From: an uncultured Nitrospiraceae bacterium
Lineage (GTDB): Bacteria > Nitrospirota > Nitrospiria > Nitrospirales > Nitrospiraceae
Direction: 5' to 3'
Assembly (NCBI GenBank): GCA_963706325.1
Contig: CAVPLT010000001.1
Location: 352,001-416,000 of the forward strand
DNA: 64,000 bases
Shown: positions 20,970 to 30,756 of the stretch, one piece after another
Numbering within the stretch: position 1 is the stretch's first letter
Layout: the number at the start of each line of letters is the position of its first letter
Made by a program: the position numbers and the translations under genes
Notes under the pieces: model-generated
Told to the model about the DNA's origin: nothing
The model's input: only the letters and a program-made list of their open reading frames with translations
Database searches by the model: none

Positions 20970-21455
20970 GTGATGCGTGGCCTCATGACGCAAACTGTGA
21001 AAAGCCGAAAGGCGCCGGGTGAGGGACCGCGCCCGATTGGAGAGGTGAGGCCTTCGGCGAAATGGCGAATCCCTCGCATTCCCGACTGTCTGCTGGTGCT
21101 CTTTCTCTGCGTCTGCAGCGGAGGCGGCGTGCTGCTGGCTCAAACGACGGAGGAGCTTGATCGCGGCCGCTACCTCTATCACGAGCATTGCGTCGACTGT
21201 CATGGTGCGACCGGGAAGGGTGACGGCAGCAAATCTCCGTTTCTGTCGCCTCGACCAGGCAATCTTATTTCTGCCGCCACGTCCGCCAAGACAGACAAAG
21301 AACTGCTGCGAATTATCGCCCAGGGCAAGTCCCGCACCGCGATGCCGGCCTGGCAAGACGTGCTGCCCGCTGATGACCAGCAGGCGGTACTTCAATACAT
21401 CCGCTCGTTAATTCGATTTACCCGTCAGCCGACATCAGCCGCAGCAATCCCTTAA
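20970..21455 (+). CDS. Monoheme cytochrome c (start uncertain)
   Basis: CVDCHG heme motif, GKGDG, distal Met in TAMPAW; signal-like hydrophobic stretch. Confidence 0.9.
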   Translation: MMRGLMTQTVKSRKAPGEGPRPIGEVRPSAKWRIPRIPDCLLVLFLCVCSGGGVLLAQTTEELDRGRYLYHEHCVDCHGATGKGDGSKSPFLSPRPGNLISAATSAKTDKELLRIIAQGKSRTAMPAWQDVLPADDQQAVLQYIRSLIRFTRQPTSAAAIP

Positions 21456-21541
21456 ACATGCCTCTGCCTAGACACCTCTTTCGTCTGAAAAGAGTCACGT
21501 GCTACAGTGGCATTCTTTTCTTGTTACCGGAGGTCGTTCGC

Positions 21542-23251
21542 ATGATTCGCGGGAACCTGTTCCACCGACGACAGACGATTGCCATTATCACTTTCGCATG
21601 CTCACTCGTTATCTGGAATGGATCTGCCGACTCGGCCCTGGCAGCCGGCGGGAAAACCCATTCCGTGACGGCCCCGCCGAAACGCACCCCGGCCGTTCAG
21701 ACCGCACTGCGGTACGCCGAAGCCGTTGCTCACGGAGATCGCGTGACGGCCGGACAATTGGACTTCGCCTGCCAATATCGGTTCATCACAGGCTCGCCGA
21801 CGAAGGTGAAACAATTTGCTCCCGCCGGGGATCCTTCTTACGAGTCGTGCTGGCACACGCTGACCGAGGCGCACGCGCCGATGCTCAAGCGAACCGACAC
21901 CGTCATGGACGTCATCTGGCCGAGCACCGGACCCTTGGTGTTCTTTGGGGACGATCTGCCGAGAGCGCCGGCCTCTGCCTTCGTGATGGATGTCCTGGGA
22001 GTCTCACCTCCTGGAAGCGGCCTGCAGGCGACGGTCATCAATAGCCGCACGATTCCAGCCGGTTCGTTCCGTCTCACGTCTAAAGGCAAAGTCCTGGGGG
22101 TGCCGACGACGTTAGTTCAAATATCCGTGCAGTATCATGATCCCCTGACCTCACCGGTCACCTACGCAGCGGGCAATGTCAAATGGACCAACACCATCAA
22201 ACGTCCACGCAAGTCGTTGAAATCCGTTACGACCCAGTGGGTCGTCTTCACGGGACTAAAACGATATGGCTTCCCGGGAGATGCCGCAGTGTTCAACTTG
22301 CCCGTCGCGTCAGACCCCGAGGCCCTCGGCATGGTTGCAGAAAAAATTCCGTTCGCCACTGAAAGCAGCCGGGCATTGCCTGAATCTTTGAAATGGTGGG
22401 GACCGGACGATCAACCGGGCACCTTGACCGCCGCTGCGGCACGCGCGGCCAGCTTCCCCGATTTACGCGACCGCGTGGCGTTGCTCAACCGAGTGTTGCT
22501 CATCGATCCTCAACAGCCTGACGCTCTCACGGTGTTAACGCGACACCTCTACAGCGTGCTCCTGCATGAGGGCCGAAGTAGCCATCAGCTGAGCATCAAG
22601 AATCCCTCCTTGGGCATCGTGGTGGACGAGTTCTATTGGAACATCTACGCCCAAGGGGCCCGCATGGACCTCTCCAATGCGATGGAAATGGGCGGCCTCT
22701 CAGAACCGACACCGGCGGACTTCCTCTATCGCTTGATACCAGCGCTGCAAATGTTGGTCGCCATCAGACCGGAACAGCTCGACAATCGTTTTCGCCTGGG
22801 AGTCGCATACCGCTGGAACAATGATCAGGTACCGATGGTGGAAACCTTCGAGGCACTGGTCAGAGACATCCCTGATAGCCGGAAGACCCCCAAGGCCGAA
22901 GCCTTGCTTCAATTGGCCTGGTCGCGCATCAACAAAGTCTCATGGAACCGAATTCTGCATGATCCCGAGACACCGCGAGCCTATGCCGACGCCGAGGCCT
23001 CCTTGGCGAATGCCGAAATTCCTCTCGACAAATTTTTGGCCGAGTACACCCTGGCCTATAGCATGATCTTTTTGCCGAACTATGGGGACAAAACGAAAAT
23101 GCTTCAGCATCTGACCGAGGCCAAACGCTGGTTTGACGAAGTGCCGGGCAATACCATTGAGATATGGCGCTACTTTATGAAGGCGGAATTGCTTCATGCC
23201 GTACTCGACGCCGATCCGTTGTTCAACCCAATCTTGGCCACCATTTCCTAG
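21542..23251 (+). CDS. Exported hypothetical protein with TPR-like C-terminal half
   Basis: GGAGG SD, signal peptide, long ORF with helical repeats (RVLLIDPQQPDAL; RPEQLDNRFRLGVAY). Confidence 0.75.
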   Translation: MIRGNLFHRRQTIAIITFACSLVIWNGSADSALAAGGKTHSVTAPPKRTPAVQTALRYAEAVAHGDRVTAGQLDFACQYRFITGSPTKVKQFAPAGDPSYESCWHTLTEAHAPMLKRTDTVMDVIWPSTGPLVFFGDDLPRAPASAFVMDVLGVSPPGSGLQATVINSRTIPAGSFRLTSKGKVLGVPTTLVQISVQYHDPLTSPVTYAAGNVKWTNTIKRPRKSLKSVTTQWVVFTGLKRYGFPGDAAVFNLPVASDPEALGMVAEKIPFATESSRALPESLKWWGPDDQPGTLTAAAARAASFPDLRDRVALLNRVLLIDPQQPDALTVLTRHLYSVLLHEGRSSHQLSIKNPSLGIVVDEFYWNIYAQGARMDLSNAMEMGGLSEPTPADFLYRLIPALQMLVAIRPEQLDNRFRLGVAYRWNNDQVPMVETFEALVRDIPDSRKTPKAEALLQLAWSRINKVSWNRILHDPETPRAYADAEASLANAEIPLDKFLAEYTLAYSMIFLPNYGDKTKMLQHLTEAKRWFDEVPGNTIEIWRYFMKAELLHAVLDADPLFNPILATIS

Positions 23252-23264
23252 CTCGGAACAACTG

Positions 23265-23495
23265 ATGACCATTGAAGACCGAAGGTCCTCTGAAGTACGC
23301 AAAGGCGGCTATACAACTCACTTTCGATCGACATCCCGTAAACTCAGCAGCCCTGGGATTGTGGATGCCTTCGGCGGAGCGATGTTTTTGTTGCCTCTCC
23401 TCGGCCTATTTGCCCCGGGAGCCTGGGAGCGGGACCCTTCGGCCTTCAACCTGACGCTCGAACCAGACCCGAATCAGCCTGTCCAGGCTCAGTAG
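23265..23495 (+). CDS. Small hypothetical protein or gene remnant
   Basis: 76-codon ORF filling the intergenic gap, with one hydrophobic stretch. Confidence 0.3.
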   Translation: MTIEDRRSSEVRKGGYTTHFRSTSRKLSSPGIVDAFGGAMFLLPLLGLFAPGAWERDPSAFNLTLEPDPNQPVQAQ

Positions 23496-23545
23496 CAGTG
23501 CAGCATCTGTTGCATCATCCTTCACCGCTCCAAAGGTAGACCATT

Positions 23546-24601
23546 ATGATCGATGTCAAAGCTTACGCCGCGATGAACGCTACGACTCCGCTTGCACCGT
23601 TCACATGTTCTCGTCGCGAGGTGGGACGGCACGATGTACTCATCGATATCCACTACTGCGGCGTGTGTCATTCGGATGTGCACCAGGCACGGGATGAATG
23701 GGGCGGCTCGCTCTTCCCCATGGTGCCCGGGCATGAAATCGTGGGTACGGTCGAAAAGGTCGGCGCCTCGGCCAAACAATTTAAAGTCGGGCAAATGGTA
23801 GGGGTCGGTTGTTTTGTCGATTCCTGTAGAACGTGCCCCGCCTGCAAGAAAGGCCTGGAGCAATATTGCGAGGGGCATCTGAGCTTTACGTATAACGGGA
23901 CGGAACGGGACGGCGTCACGCCCACCTACGGCGGCTATTCCACTAAGGTCGTGGTTGATCAACGCTATGTCGTGCGGATTCCCAAACGGTTGCGCCCGGA
24001 GGAAGCCGCCCCACTCTTGTGCGCGGGCATTACGACCTATTCACCCCTGCGACATTGGCACGTCGGCAAGAAACATCGTTTGGCCGTAGTCGGACTCGGA
24101 GGCTTAGGGCACATGGCCGTAAAAATCGGCAATGCCCTGGGCGCCCACGTGACCGCCCTAAGTCACTCTGACAAGAAACAAGCCGATGCCAAGCGATTAG
24201 GGGCACGTGACTTTCATAACACATCGACAGGGGAGACGTTTGCGGCACTGGCCAGACAGTTCGACTTCATTCTGGACACCGTCTCAGCGCCGCATGATTT
24301 AAATGCCTACCTCGAGTTGCTGAAGACCGACGGCACGATGATCCTCGTGGGTGTACCGGAGAAGCCCGCTTCGCTGCAGGCGTTTCCCCTGATCCTCAAA
24401 AGACGCCGCATCGCCGGCTCCATCATCGGCGGCATCAAGGAGACCCAGGAGATGCTCGACTTCTGCGCGAAACACAAGTTCGGAGCGGACGTCGAAGTCA
24501 TTCCCATCCAACAGATCAACGCCGCCTACGACCGCCTCATCCGCGGCGACGTGCGCTATCGCTTCGTGATCGATATGCAATCGCTCAAACAGAACACGTA
24601 G
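23546..24601 (+). CDS. Zn-dependent NAD(P) alcohol dehydrogenase (cinnamyl-ADH/YahK-like)
   Basis: CGVCHSD, GHEIVG, structural CRTCPAC...C, APLLCAGITTYSPL, GLGGLG. Confidence 0.95.
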   Translation: MIDVKAYAAMNATTPLAPFTCSRREVGRHDVLIDIHYCGVCHSDVHQARDEWGGSLFPMVPGHEIVGTVEKVGASAKQFKVGQMVGVGCFVDSCRTCPACKKGLEQYCEGHLSFTYNGTERDGVTPTYGGYSTKVVVDQRYVVRIPKRLRPEEAAPLLCAGITTYSPLRHWHVGKKHRLAVVGLGGLGHMAVKIGNALGAHVTALSHSDKKQADAKRLGARDFHNTSTGETFAALARQFDFILDTVSAPHDLNAYLELLKTDGTMILVGVPEKPASLQAFPLILKRRRIAGSIIGGIKETQEMLDFCAKHKFGADVEVIPIQQINAAYDRLIRGDVRYRFVIDMQSLKQNT

Positions 24602-24888
24602 CATATCGCCCGACAACACCACTTCAACTGAGAGCGGTGCATTTTTTTGTCGCACCTGGCGAACAGCTCAGCAGGTCGCTCACCCAGCACCACTTGGGCA
24701 CTATGCATGCGTGACGAGCGCTTCCCCTCTATCCGTTACCCGCCTGCCCATGTGGCGCGCAGCGTGCTACTCACCTAAGCGATGCCTGCTATGGTCCGCG
24801 AGGTGCGCGACACGAAGAATAATGAGCATCATGCTTATTCACGCCGGCGAGACAGTGAGCCAGCCGTGTCTTCGAAGGTCAGGCCGCC

Positions 24889-26265
24889 CTATCTCTTTCT
24901 CTTTTCCATCTTTGCCAACTCCTCCAGATAATGCACAAAGGCTTTCATGCCGCCGGAGGCTTGGCCCCAGTCGAAGTACTCGTTCGGCGCATGATACCCA
25001 TGTTCGGGTAGACTGAGCCCCATGAACAAGATCGGCACCTTCCACGCTTTCTGCATCGTCACCACGGCGCCGATCGAGCCACCTTCTCGGATAAATGCCG
25101 GTTCCTTCCCGAAGCCTGCTTTCACCGACCGCTTCACCGCTTCGACATAGGGCCCGTCGAAGACCCCGCGGAACGGCTGCAGCATGCCCTCACGCTCGAC
25201 CTTCACGTCAGGATTGAGCTTGGCGACATGCTGCTTTAAAAGCGCAAAGGTTTTCTCCGGGGTTTGGTTCGGCACTAGGCGCATACTGACTTTGAGTTCA
25301 CCATGTCCCGGCACCACCGTCTTCACCCCTGGCCCATGATAGCCGCCGACGAGACCATGCACTTCAAACGTCGGCGCGGCCCAAATGCGGCGCATGACGT
25401 CTGCCGGCTCGTGCGTGCGGAGCGTCTTGAACCCATAGGCTTGCTTAAAGCGACTGACCTGGAAACCCGATCTGAGGAAGCTCTTGATCTCCGCCTTCGT
25501 GGGCTCAACCACATCCTGATAAAATCCCGGGATCTTCACCTTCCCGGTCTTCGCATCCACACAGGCGTGAACGATGTCCATTAACTCTGCCAGCGGATTG
25601 CGAGCCGCGCCGCCCGTCACACCAGAGTGAGCATCCTTAGACCCGGTTCGCAGGACAAGCCGCGCGCCGAGCAAACCACGCAATCCGTAGGGCATCGCCG
25701 GCTGAGTTTTCGACAACCAGATGGTGTCCGAAATCACCACCGAATCCGGGCGAGGAATCGCCACGCGGTTTCTGATCGCTGCCGCAAAGCTGGGGCTCCC
25801 GTTTTCTTCTTCCAGTTCCCATAGGAAGCGCACATTGATCGGCACGCTCTGCTCAATGGCATACCGCGCTCCGAACAAGGCGGCGAAGGCCGGACCCTTG
25901 TCATCGGTCGCTCCACGCCCGCGGTAGATGCCATTGTCCTTCTGAAACGCAAAGGGGGCCTGTTTCCACTCCGGCTCTTGCGCCGGCTGCACGTCCATAT
26001 GGTTATAAATGGTCACCGTCGGGTAGGCCGGATTGATCATCCAGCCGCCCGATACCACCGGATAGCCCGGCGTCTCGACCACCTGCGCCTCCGCCCCGAC
26101 ATCCCGCAGGTATTGCGCTGCAAGTTCGGCCATGCGACGCACATCCGGGGCATATGTGGGATCCATACTGATCGACGGAATCTCGACGGCCTGCCCCAGC
26201 ATGTCTTCGTAACGTGGACGAATGTCTTTGATATAGGTATCCAACTGCCCTTCGAATTCTCGCAT
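24889..26265 (-). CDS. M20/M25/M40-family metallopeptidase (dipeptidase-like)
   Basis: YNHMDVQPA, GRGATDDKG, EEENGS, HSG, HAPNE. Confidence 0.93.
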   Translation of the reverse strand: MREFEGQLDTYIKDIRPRYEDMLGQAVEIPSISMDPTYAPDVRRMAELAAQYLRDVGAEAQVVETPGYPVVSGGWMINPAYPTVTIYNHMDVQPAQEPEWKQAPFAFQKDNGIYRGRGATDDKGPAFAALFGARYAIEQSVPINVRFLWELEEENGSPSFAAAIRNRVAIPRPDSVVISDTIWLSKTQPAMPYGLRGLLGARLVLRTGSKDAHSGVTGGAARNPLAELMDIVHACVDAKTGKVKIPGFYQDVVEPTKAEIKSFLRSGFQVSRFKQAYGFKTLRTHEPADVMRRIWAAPTFEVHGLVGGYHGPGVKTVVPGHGELKVSMRLVPNQTPEKTFALLKQHVAKLNPDVKVEREGMLQPFRGVFDGPYVEAVKRSVKAGFGKEPAFIREGGSIGAVVTMQKAWKVPILFMGLSLPEHGYHAPNEYFDWGQASGGMKAFVHYLEELAKMEKRKR

Positions 26266-26364
26266 CGTGCTGCCTCCTCATGACCGGCGGCGATTATATC
26301 GACTCGACGAGAGAAAGCACAGAACGACGGCGATGATCGGCGCAAAGAATGGTAGAATGCGGTC

Positions 26365-26853
26365 ATGAGCGACGGTTCCTCTCAGCTTGCGCATGGCCTA
26401 CGTACATGGCTCATCTGCGGCCTCCTCGGCCTGGCACTCGGCTTGGCCATGAATCACTCCCTCGCCTCGGCTGAGGAAACTGTCACCGTGCAAGAAATTC
26501 TCGCGGACCCGGCACTCTTTCACTTGCGGCAAATCACGTTGCGCGGAACCGTGCGCAACGTCCAGCCACTTGATCCGTATGAAATCCCGGCCGGCTCCAC
26601 CTGTTACGGCGGCTACCTGTTCGGCTTGGAGGACGATACGGCCATGCTGCCCGTGGCCGTGCCGGGGCTTTGCGGAGTTCCGATGGTCAAGGATCCGGAC
26701 GTGGAAGATGGCGCGCGCGTGGCGGTGGAAGCCACCGTTCAAGCTCCCAGTCATGGCGGCTACGCGTTGAGCTTTAAAGGCGGAAAGATTGCGATGGATC
26801 AAGAGGGGGTCGTGCAGGCGATTGCCAATCGCATTACGCCGTTGATTGAATAA
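26365..26853 (+). CDS. Exported hypothetical protein (OB-fold-like)
   Basis: Signal peptide; TVQEILADP..ITLRGTV..FGLEDDT pattern; two Cys. Confidence 0.7.
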   Translation: MSDGSSQLAHGLRTWLICGLLGLALGLAMNHSLASAEETVTVQEILADPALFHLRQITLRGTVRNVQPLDPYEIPAGSTCYGGYLFGLEDDTAMLPVAVPGLCGVPMVKDPDVEDGARVAVEATVQAPSHGGYALSFKGGKIAMDQEGVVQAIANRITPLIE

Positions 26854-26857
26854 GACC

Positions 26858-27808
26858 ATGACGTATCCTCTCAGTGAATCTTCTCCCGCACTGTCAGCCC
26901 CTTCCCGGACGCGCGTGGGCTGGATCGGCACCGGCGTCATGGGGGCGCCTATGTGCCACCATCTCCAGCAAGCGCATTACCGGGTCACCATCTATACAAG
27001 AAATCGAAGCAAAGCCTCCCTGGTGCTTGCCAAGGGAGCGACGTGGGCCGACTCCCCCGCCGCCGTGGCCGAGCAGACAGACGTTGTCATCACGATGGTA
27101 GGATTTCCCGCCGATGTCCGCGAGGTCTACTTCGGAGAGCACGGACTGTTGCCCGCCGCGCGACCGGGCATGGTGCTGATCGACATGACCACGACTGAGC
27201 CCTCACTGGCACAGGAAATCTCTCTCACAGCCCAAACACAGGGAGCGTTTGCCGTCGACGCCCCCGTCTCCGGGGGTGATGTCGGGGCGAGAAATGCCAC
27301 TCTCTCCATCATGGTCGGGGGAGCCACCAAAGCGGTCCAGGCCGTCATGCCATTGCTCGAATGCCTCGGCAAGAAGATCGTCCATCAGGGCGACTCCGGG
27401 ATGGGACAACATGCCAAGCTTTGCAATCAAATCGTCATCGCCGGCACGATGATCGGCGTGTGCGAGAGTCTGTTATACGGCTACAAGGCGGGGCTGCAGC
27501 TAGATCGCATGCTTGATTCTATTCGCGGCGGCGCCGCGGCCTGTTGGACGCTGGAGCATCTCGCACCACGAATACTCGAGCGCAATTTCGATCCCGGTTT
27601 CTTCGTCGAACATTTTATCAAAGACATGGGCATTGCGCTGGAGGAAGCGCGAAGGCGGCAACTCACCTTGCCGGGTCTGGCCCTCGCGCATCGTCTCTAC
27701 GAACGAGTGCAGGCACTCGGCCACGGTCGAGCAGGCACCCATGCCCTTATGTTGGCGCTCGAAGATCTGTCGCACATCGACTTGCCCAATCCTCCCGCCT
27801 CACCATGA
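26858..27808 (+). CDS. NAD(P)-dependent oxidoreductase, 3-hydroxyisobutyrate dehydrogenase family
   Basis: VGWIGTGVMG, DAPVSGGDVGA, GQHAKLCNQ, FIKDMGIAL. Confidence 0.93.
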   Translation: MTYPLSESSPALSAPSRTRVGWIGTGVMGAPMCHHLQQAHYRVTIYTRNRSKASLVLAKGATWADSPAAVAEQTDVVITMVGFPADVREVYFGEHGLLPAARPGMVLIDMTTTEPSLAQEISLTAQTQGAFAVDAPVSGGDVGARNATLSIMVGGATKAVQAVMPLLECLGKKIVHQGDSGMGQHAKLCNQIVIAGTMIGVCESLLYGYKAGLQLDRMLDSIRGGAAACWTLEHLAPRILERNFDPGFFVEHFIKDMGIALEEARRRQLTLPGLALAHRLYERVQALGHGRAGTHALMLALEDLSHIDLPNPPASP

Positions 27809-27821
27809 CCAGAGGAATTCT

Positions 27822-28553
27822 ATGAAAATACTGGCTCCGTCCATCTTCCTCGGATTCATTGTGCTGCTGACTGTGTCCGGTTGTAGCAGCAGTCGCGGCC
27901 TCAGCCACCAGGCGCTGCAGCAATCCTTTCATGAGCATCCCGACGTCGTCACCGACCAGGACGTCGCAAAAACCCTGGCGCTGCAGGGGCACTTACCTGC
28001 GCCCTATCGCCTGGCCATTTTCTATAAATACAAAGATTTTCCCGGCAGCCCCACGTTGCGAAAAGTCGATTGGATCAGTGCGGACGCTGAACGCCTCCAG
28101 CGAGCGCTCGAGCCGGTCAAGGAGGAAGGCATTCTTCAGCAGAGCTTTCTGCTCGCCAATTCAAGCGTACAGGGCACAACCTTTCGCGACATTCGTCTGG
28201 CCGCAGCCAGATACAATGCCGACGCGATTCTTCTGATCGATGGCGCGGCCGCGGTGGATCGATACAACAACGGTCATGCCTGGTGGTATGCGACCGGCCT
28301 CGGCGTCTACCTTGCACATGGTACCGAAAGCCACGCGCTGTTCATGATGGAAGGCACCTTGTGGGATGTGCGCTCCGGTTATCTGTACGGGACGCAAACC
28401 GCACAGGGCGAGACAACCCTCATCGGTCCGGCGTCGTCGCTTGATGACAAGGCCGCAATTGCCGAGGCCAAGGATGTAGCGATGGAACGATTCGGCAAAG
28501 AACTAGCCGATATGTTGCGGGTACTGAGAGAGAAGCAACGAGGTTCCAAGTGA
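27822..28553 (+). CDS. Lipoprotein of unknown function
   Basis: GAGG SD; lipobox VSGC; IRLAAARYNADAILL and LWDVRSGYLYGT alpha/beta domain. Confidence 0.75.
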   Translation: MKILAPSIFLGFIVLLTVSGCSSSRGLSHQALQQSFHEHPDVVTDQDVAKTLALQGHLPAPYRLAIFYKYKDFPGSPTLRKVDWISADAERLQRALEPVKEEGILQQSFLLANSSVQGTTFRDIRLAAARYNADAILLIDGAAAVDRYNNGHAWWYATGLGVYLAHGTESHALFMMEGTLWDVRSGYLYGTQTAQGETTLIGPASSLDDKAAIAEAKDVAMERFGKELADMLRVLREKQRGSK

Positions 28554-28562
28554 GCGGCGGCG

Positions 28563-28683
28563 CGGGCTCTCAAAATACTCTCTGGCAAGGCCGCATTGAG
28601 TGAGCGACTGAAGCGTACTCCCGGCAGTACGTCGAAGTCATGAACGAAACGAGAACGAAGCCCGAAGCCATTTTCAGCGCCCG
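28563..28683. repeat. ~121-bp intergenic palindromic element (MITE/REP-like), family A copy 1
   Basis: Imperfect terminal IR CGGGCTCTCAAAAT...ATTTTCAGCGCCCG; shares GCAAGGCCGCA, CGTAC..GTACG and CGAGAACG in the same order with 36299-36420. Confidence 0.75.
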
Positions 28684-28684
28684 G

Positions 28685-29911
28685 TCACGGACTATCGAAG
28701 GTCCAGAGGATTCCGACCAACAGTAGGTGCTGATTCGGAGTCAGGCCGATTACGCCGGGCTGGATTTCGCCTCCCTTGAAGAAGCCGCCTCCCGCTCCGG
28801 TTGATTCATCCCACCGATGCTCGAGCCGTACAATTGTATTGGTCCACTTGTAGGGAAGCCGGTATTCCACGGTGGACGTGATGGCCTTTACAAATTGCTC
28901 CGAACCGGTCCAGCGACCATTGCGATCCCAAAAGACTTCCGGTCGGACCGCCACGGTCCATGGGCCCGCCACATGCCATCGCGCCACGACGGCCCCACCG
29001 GTCACGAACGCCCTCGGACTTCCCGGACGATTCGCGATATTCTCGGTCCCGATATCGTAGGACCCAGCAATCGTCAGATCGTCGCCTTTCCATTCCACGA
29101 TATGGTTGGCGTAGAAACGCCAGAATTCAAACGCCGCGTTGGTTTGATCGGGGCCGGCGTACAGTGTCTGCGTCAGGGTAAGACGCGACGTGGCCTTGTA
29201 CGCCCACTGGCCGCCGTAACTCGGCTGATCGTTGGGGTGCGACAGATGGGCATACCCGTTCACGATGAACGCAGTGACCGTGAGATTGTCGCTGACGGGA
29301 TACTTGGCGTTCACACCGAACATCATGTAGGGCGTGTTGTCCGCGATCCAGGAGCGTGTGTAATGCGCATTGTCTTTGGCGTAGAGCGATTCATAGCCGA
29401 TGAGGCTGTTGAACAACCCGGCGGTCACCGTGAGGCCCCTTCCAAGCGGGGCAAGATACGAGACATTCGCGCGATGGATGTGCCGAAGGGTGTCAGCCCC
29501 ACTGACCTCAGGCTCACCTTGTAGAAAAGCAAACCTTTCGGAGTCGTATCCTCCTTGCACCCCGAGTTCCAGGCCCCAGCGGGATGATTCGTTCACATCC
29601 TTGCGAATATAGGCGAGCGCCATATTGGGCGCGAATTCGTTATGGCGGGCCGCGGTCGCACGATTGCGCCACAGATGGTTTTCCGGAAAATTAAAGTTGA
29701 GGACATAACTGACATCGAGATAGGCGCCGTAATGCCAGAGACCGGTCTCGGTCGCCGAGGTCGGATCGCGAGCGACGGTACCCTCGCTCGCGTGCGCCGG
29801 TGCGATCAACAGCCAGAAGAAAACTACCAGGCAGATTCGGCTCATCTCACCTGGGAAAACAGGCCCCGCAGCTTGACCGATATCATTGCGAAAGGGCAGA
29901 AAAGGTTTCAT
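28685..29911 (-). CDS. Outer-membrane beta-barrel porin (OmpL-like/bbp2 type), Kdp-associated
   Basis: Signal peptide, aromatic-rich amphipathic strands, GLFNSLIGYES motif, C-terminal ILWTFDSP; paralog of 38569-39737. Confidence 0.85.
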   Translation of the reverse strand: MKPFLPFRNDIGQAAGPVFPGEMSRICLVVFFWLLIAPAHASEGTVARDPTSATETGLWHYGAYLDVSYVLNFNFPENHLWRNRATAARHNEFAPNMALAYIRKDVNESSRWGLELGVQGGYDSERFAFLQGEPEVSGADTLRHIHRANVSYLAPLGRGLTVTAGLFNSLIGYESLYAKDNAHYTRSWIADNTPYMMFGVNAKYPVSDNLTVTAFIVNGYAHLSHPNDQPSYGGQWAYKATSRLTLTQTLYAGPDQTNAAFEFWRFYANHIVEWKGDDLTIAGSYDIGTENIANRPGSPRAFVTGGAVVARWHVAGPWTVAVRPEVFWDRNGRWTGSEQFVKAITSTVEYRLPYKWTNTIVRLEHRWDESTGAGGGFFKGGEIQPGVIGLTPNQHLLLVGILWTFDSP

Positions 29912-29955
29912 CTCAGGTTCATCGTCTAACCGGGTTCGCGCTCATCACGAAATCG

Positions 29956-30020
29956 ACTCTACGTCATGCCGTATCAAAACAGGATTAAAACCGATCTCGA
30001 AGACATAAAAGATCCGTAAA
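29956..30020 (-). promoter_or_regulatory. Putative KdpE-dependent promoter of the porin
   Basis: Minus strand TTTACG-N5-TTTATG, then TTAATC-N5-TTGATA, then 10 nt, then TAGAGT (-10). Confidence 0.7.
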
Positions 30021-30035
30021 AGTCGGCGGGAGCAC

Positions 30036-30743
30036 TCATTCCGTCCGGAGACGATAGCCGACACCCAGCTCCGTCACGAGATGGCGAGGCTGAGCGGGAT
30101 CGGCTTCGACCTTACTCCTCAATTGCCGCATGTACACACGCACATAGTGCCCCTCCTCGATATGGAGGGGACCCCACACTTCTTTAAGCAACTGACGATG
30201 CGTCACCACCTTTCCGGCATACCGTACGAGCGTTGTGAGCAACTTATATTCGATAGGCGTAAGGTGGACCTCTGTTCCTGAGATGAAGACCTGCCTTCGC
30301 CCCAAGTCGACGCTGAGATCGCCGAAGGTGCATACCGTATCGATCTGGTCCCCCGCCGGACGATTGGCATGTCTCAAGGCTGCCCGCATGCGGGCCAGCA
30401 ACTCGTCCATGCCAAACGGTTTGGTGACGTAGTCATCAGCGCCGATATCAAAGGCTTCCACCTTGGCCTGTTCTTGGTCGCGCGCGGAAAGCACAATGAT
30501 GGGCAAATTGGACCAAGCACGAATTTTCTCAATCACCGTCGTGCCGTTCATGTCGGGAAGTCCGAGATCGAGTAGGATAAGGTCGGGATTGCGGGCGGAG
30601 GCTTGCGCCAGTCCATCCGATCCGGTGGTTGCCTCGTACAACCGATAGCCACACGACGGGAGTGTCGTGCGTAGAAATCGTCGAATTTCCGCTTCATCCT
30701 CGATGAGCAGCACGGTCACGTCATGGGGCGTCGTGGAGGGCAT
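30036..30743 (-). CDS. kdpE: Two-component response regulator KdpE
   Basis: VLLIEDE, DLILLDLGLPD, GADDYVTKPF, HLTPIEYKLL, TELGVGYRL; follows kdpD. Confidence 0.95.
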   Translation of the reverse strand: MPSTTPHDVTVLLIEDEAEIRRFLRTTLPSCGYRLYEATTGSDGLAQASARNPDLILLDLGLPDMNGTTVIEKIRAWSNLPIIVLSARDQEQAKVEAFDIGADDYVTKPFGMDELLARMRAALRHANRPAGDQIDTVCTFGDLSVDLGRRQVFISGTEVHLTPIEYKLLTTLVRYAGKVVTHRQLLKEVWGPLHIEEGHYVRVYMRQLRSKVEADPAQPRHLVTELGVGYRLRTE

Positions 30744-30756
30744 GTGTAAAGAGATC

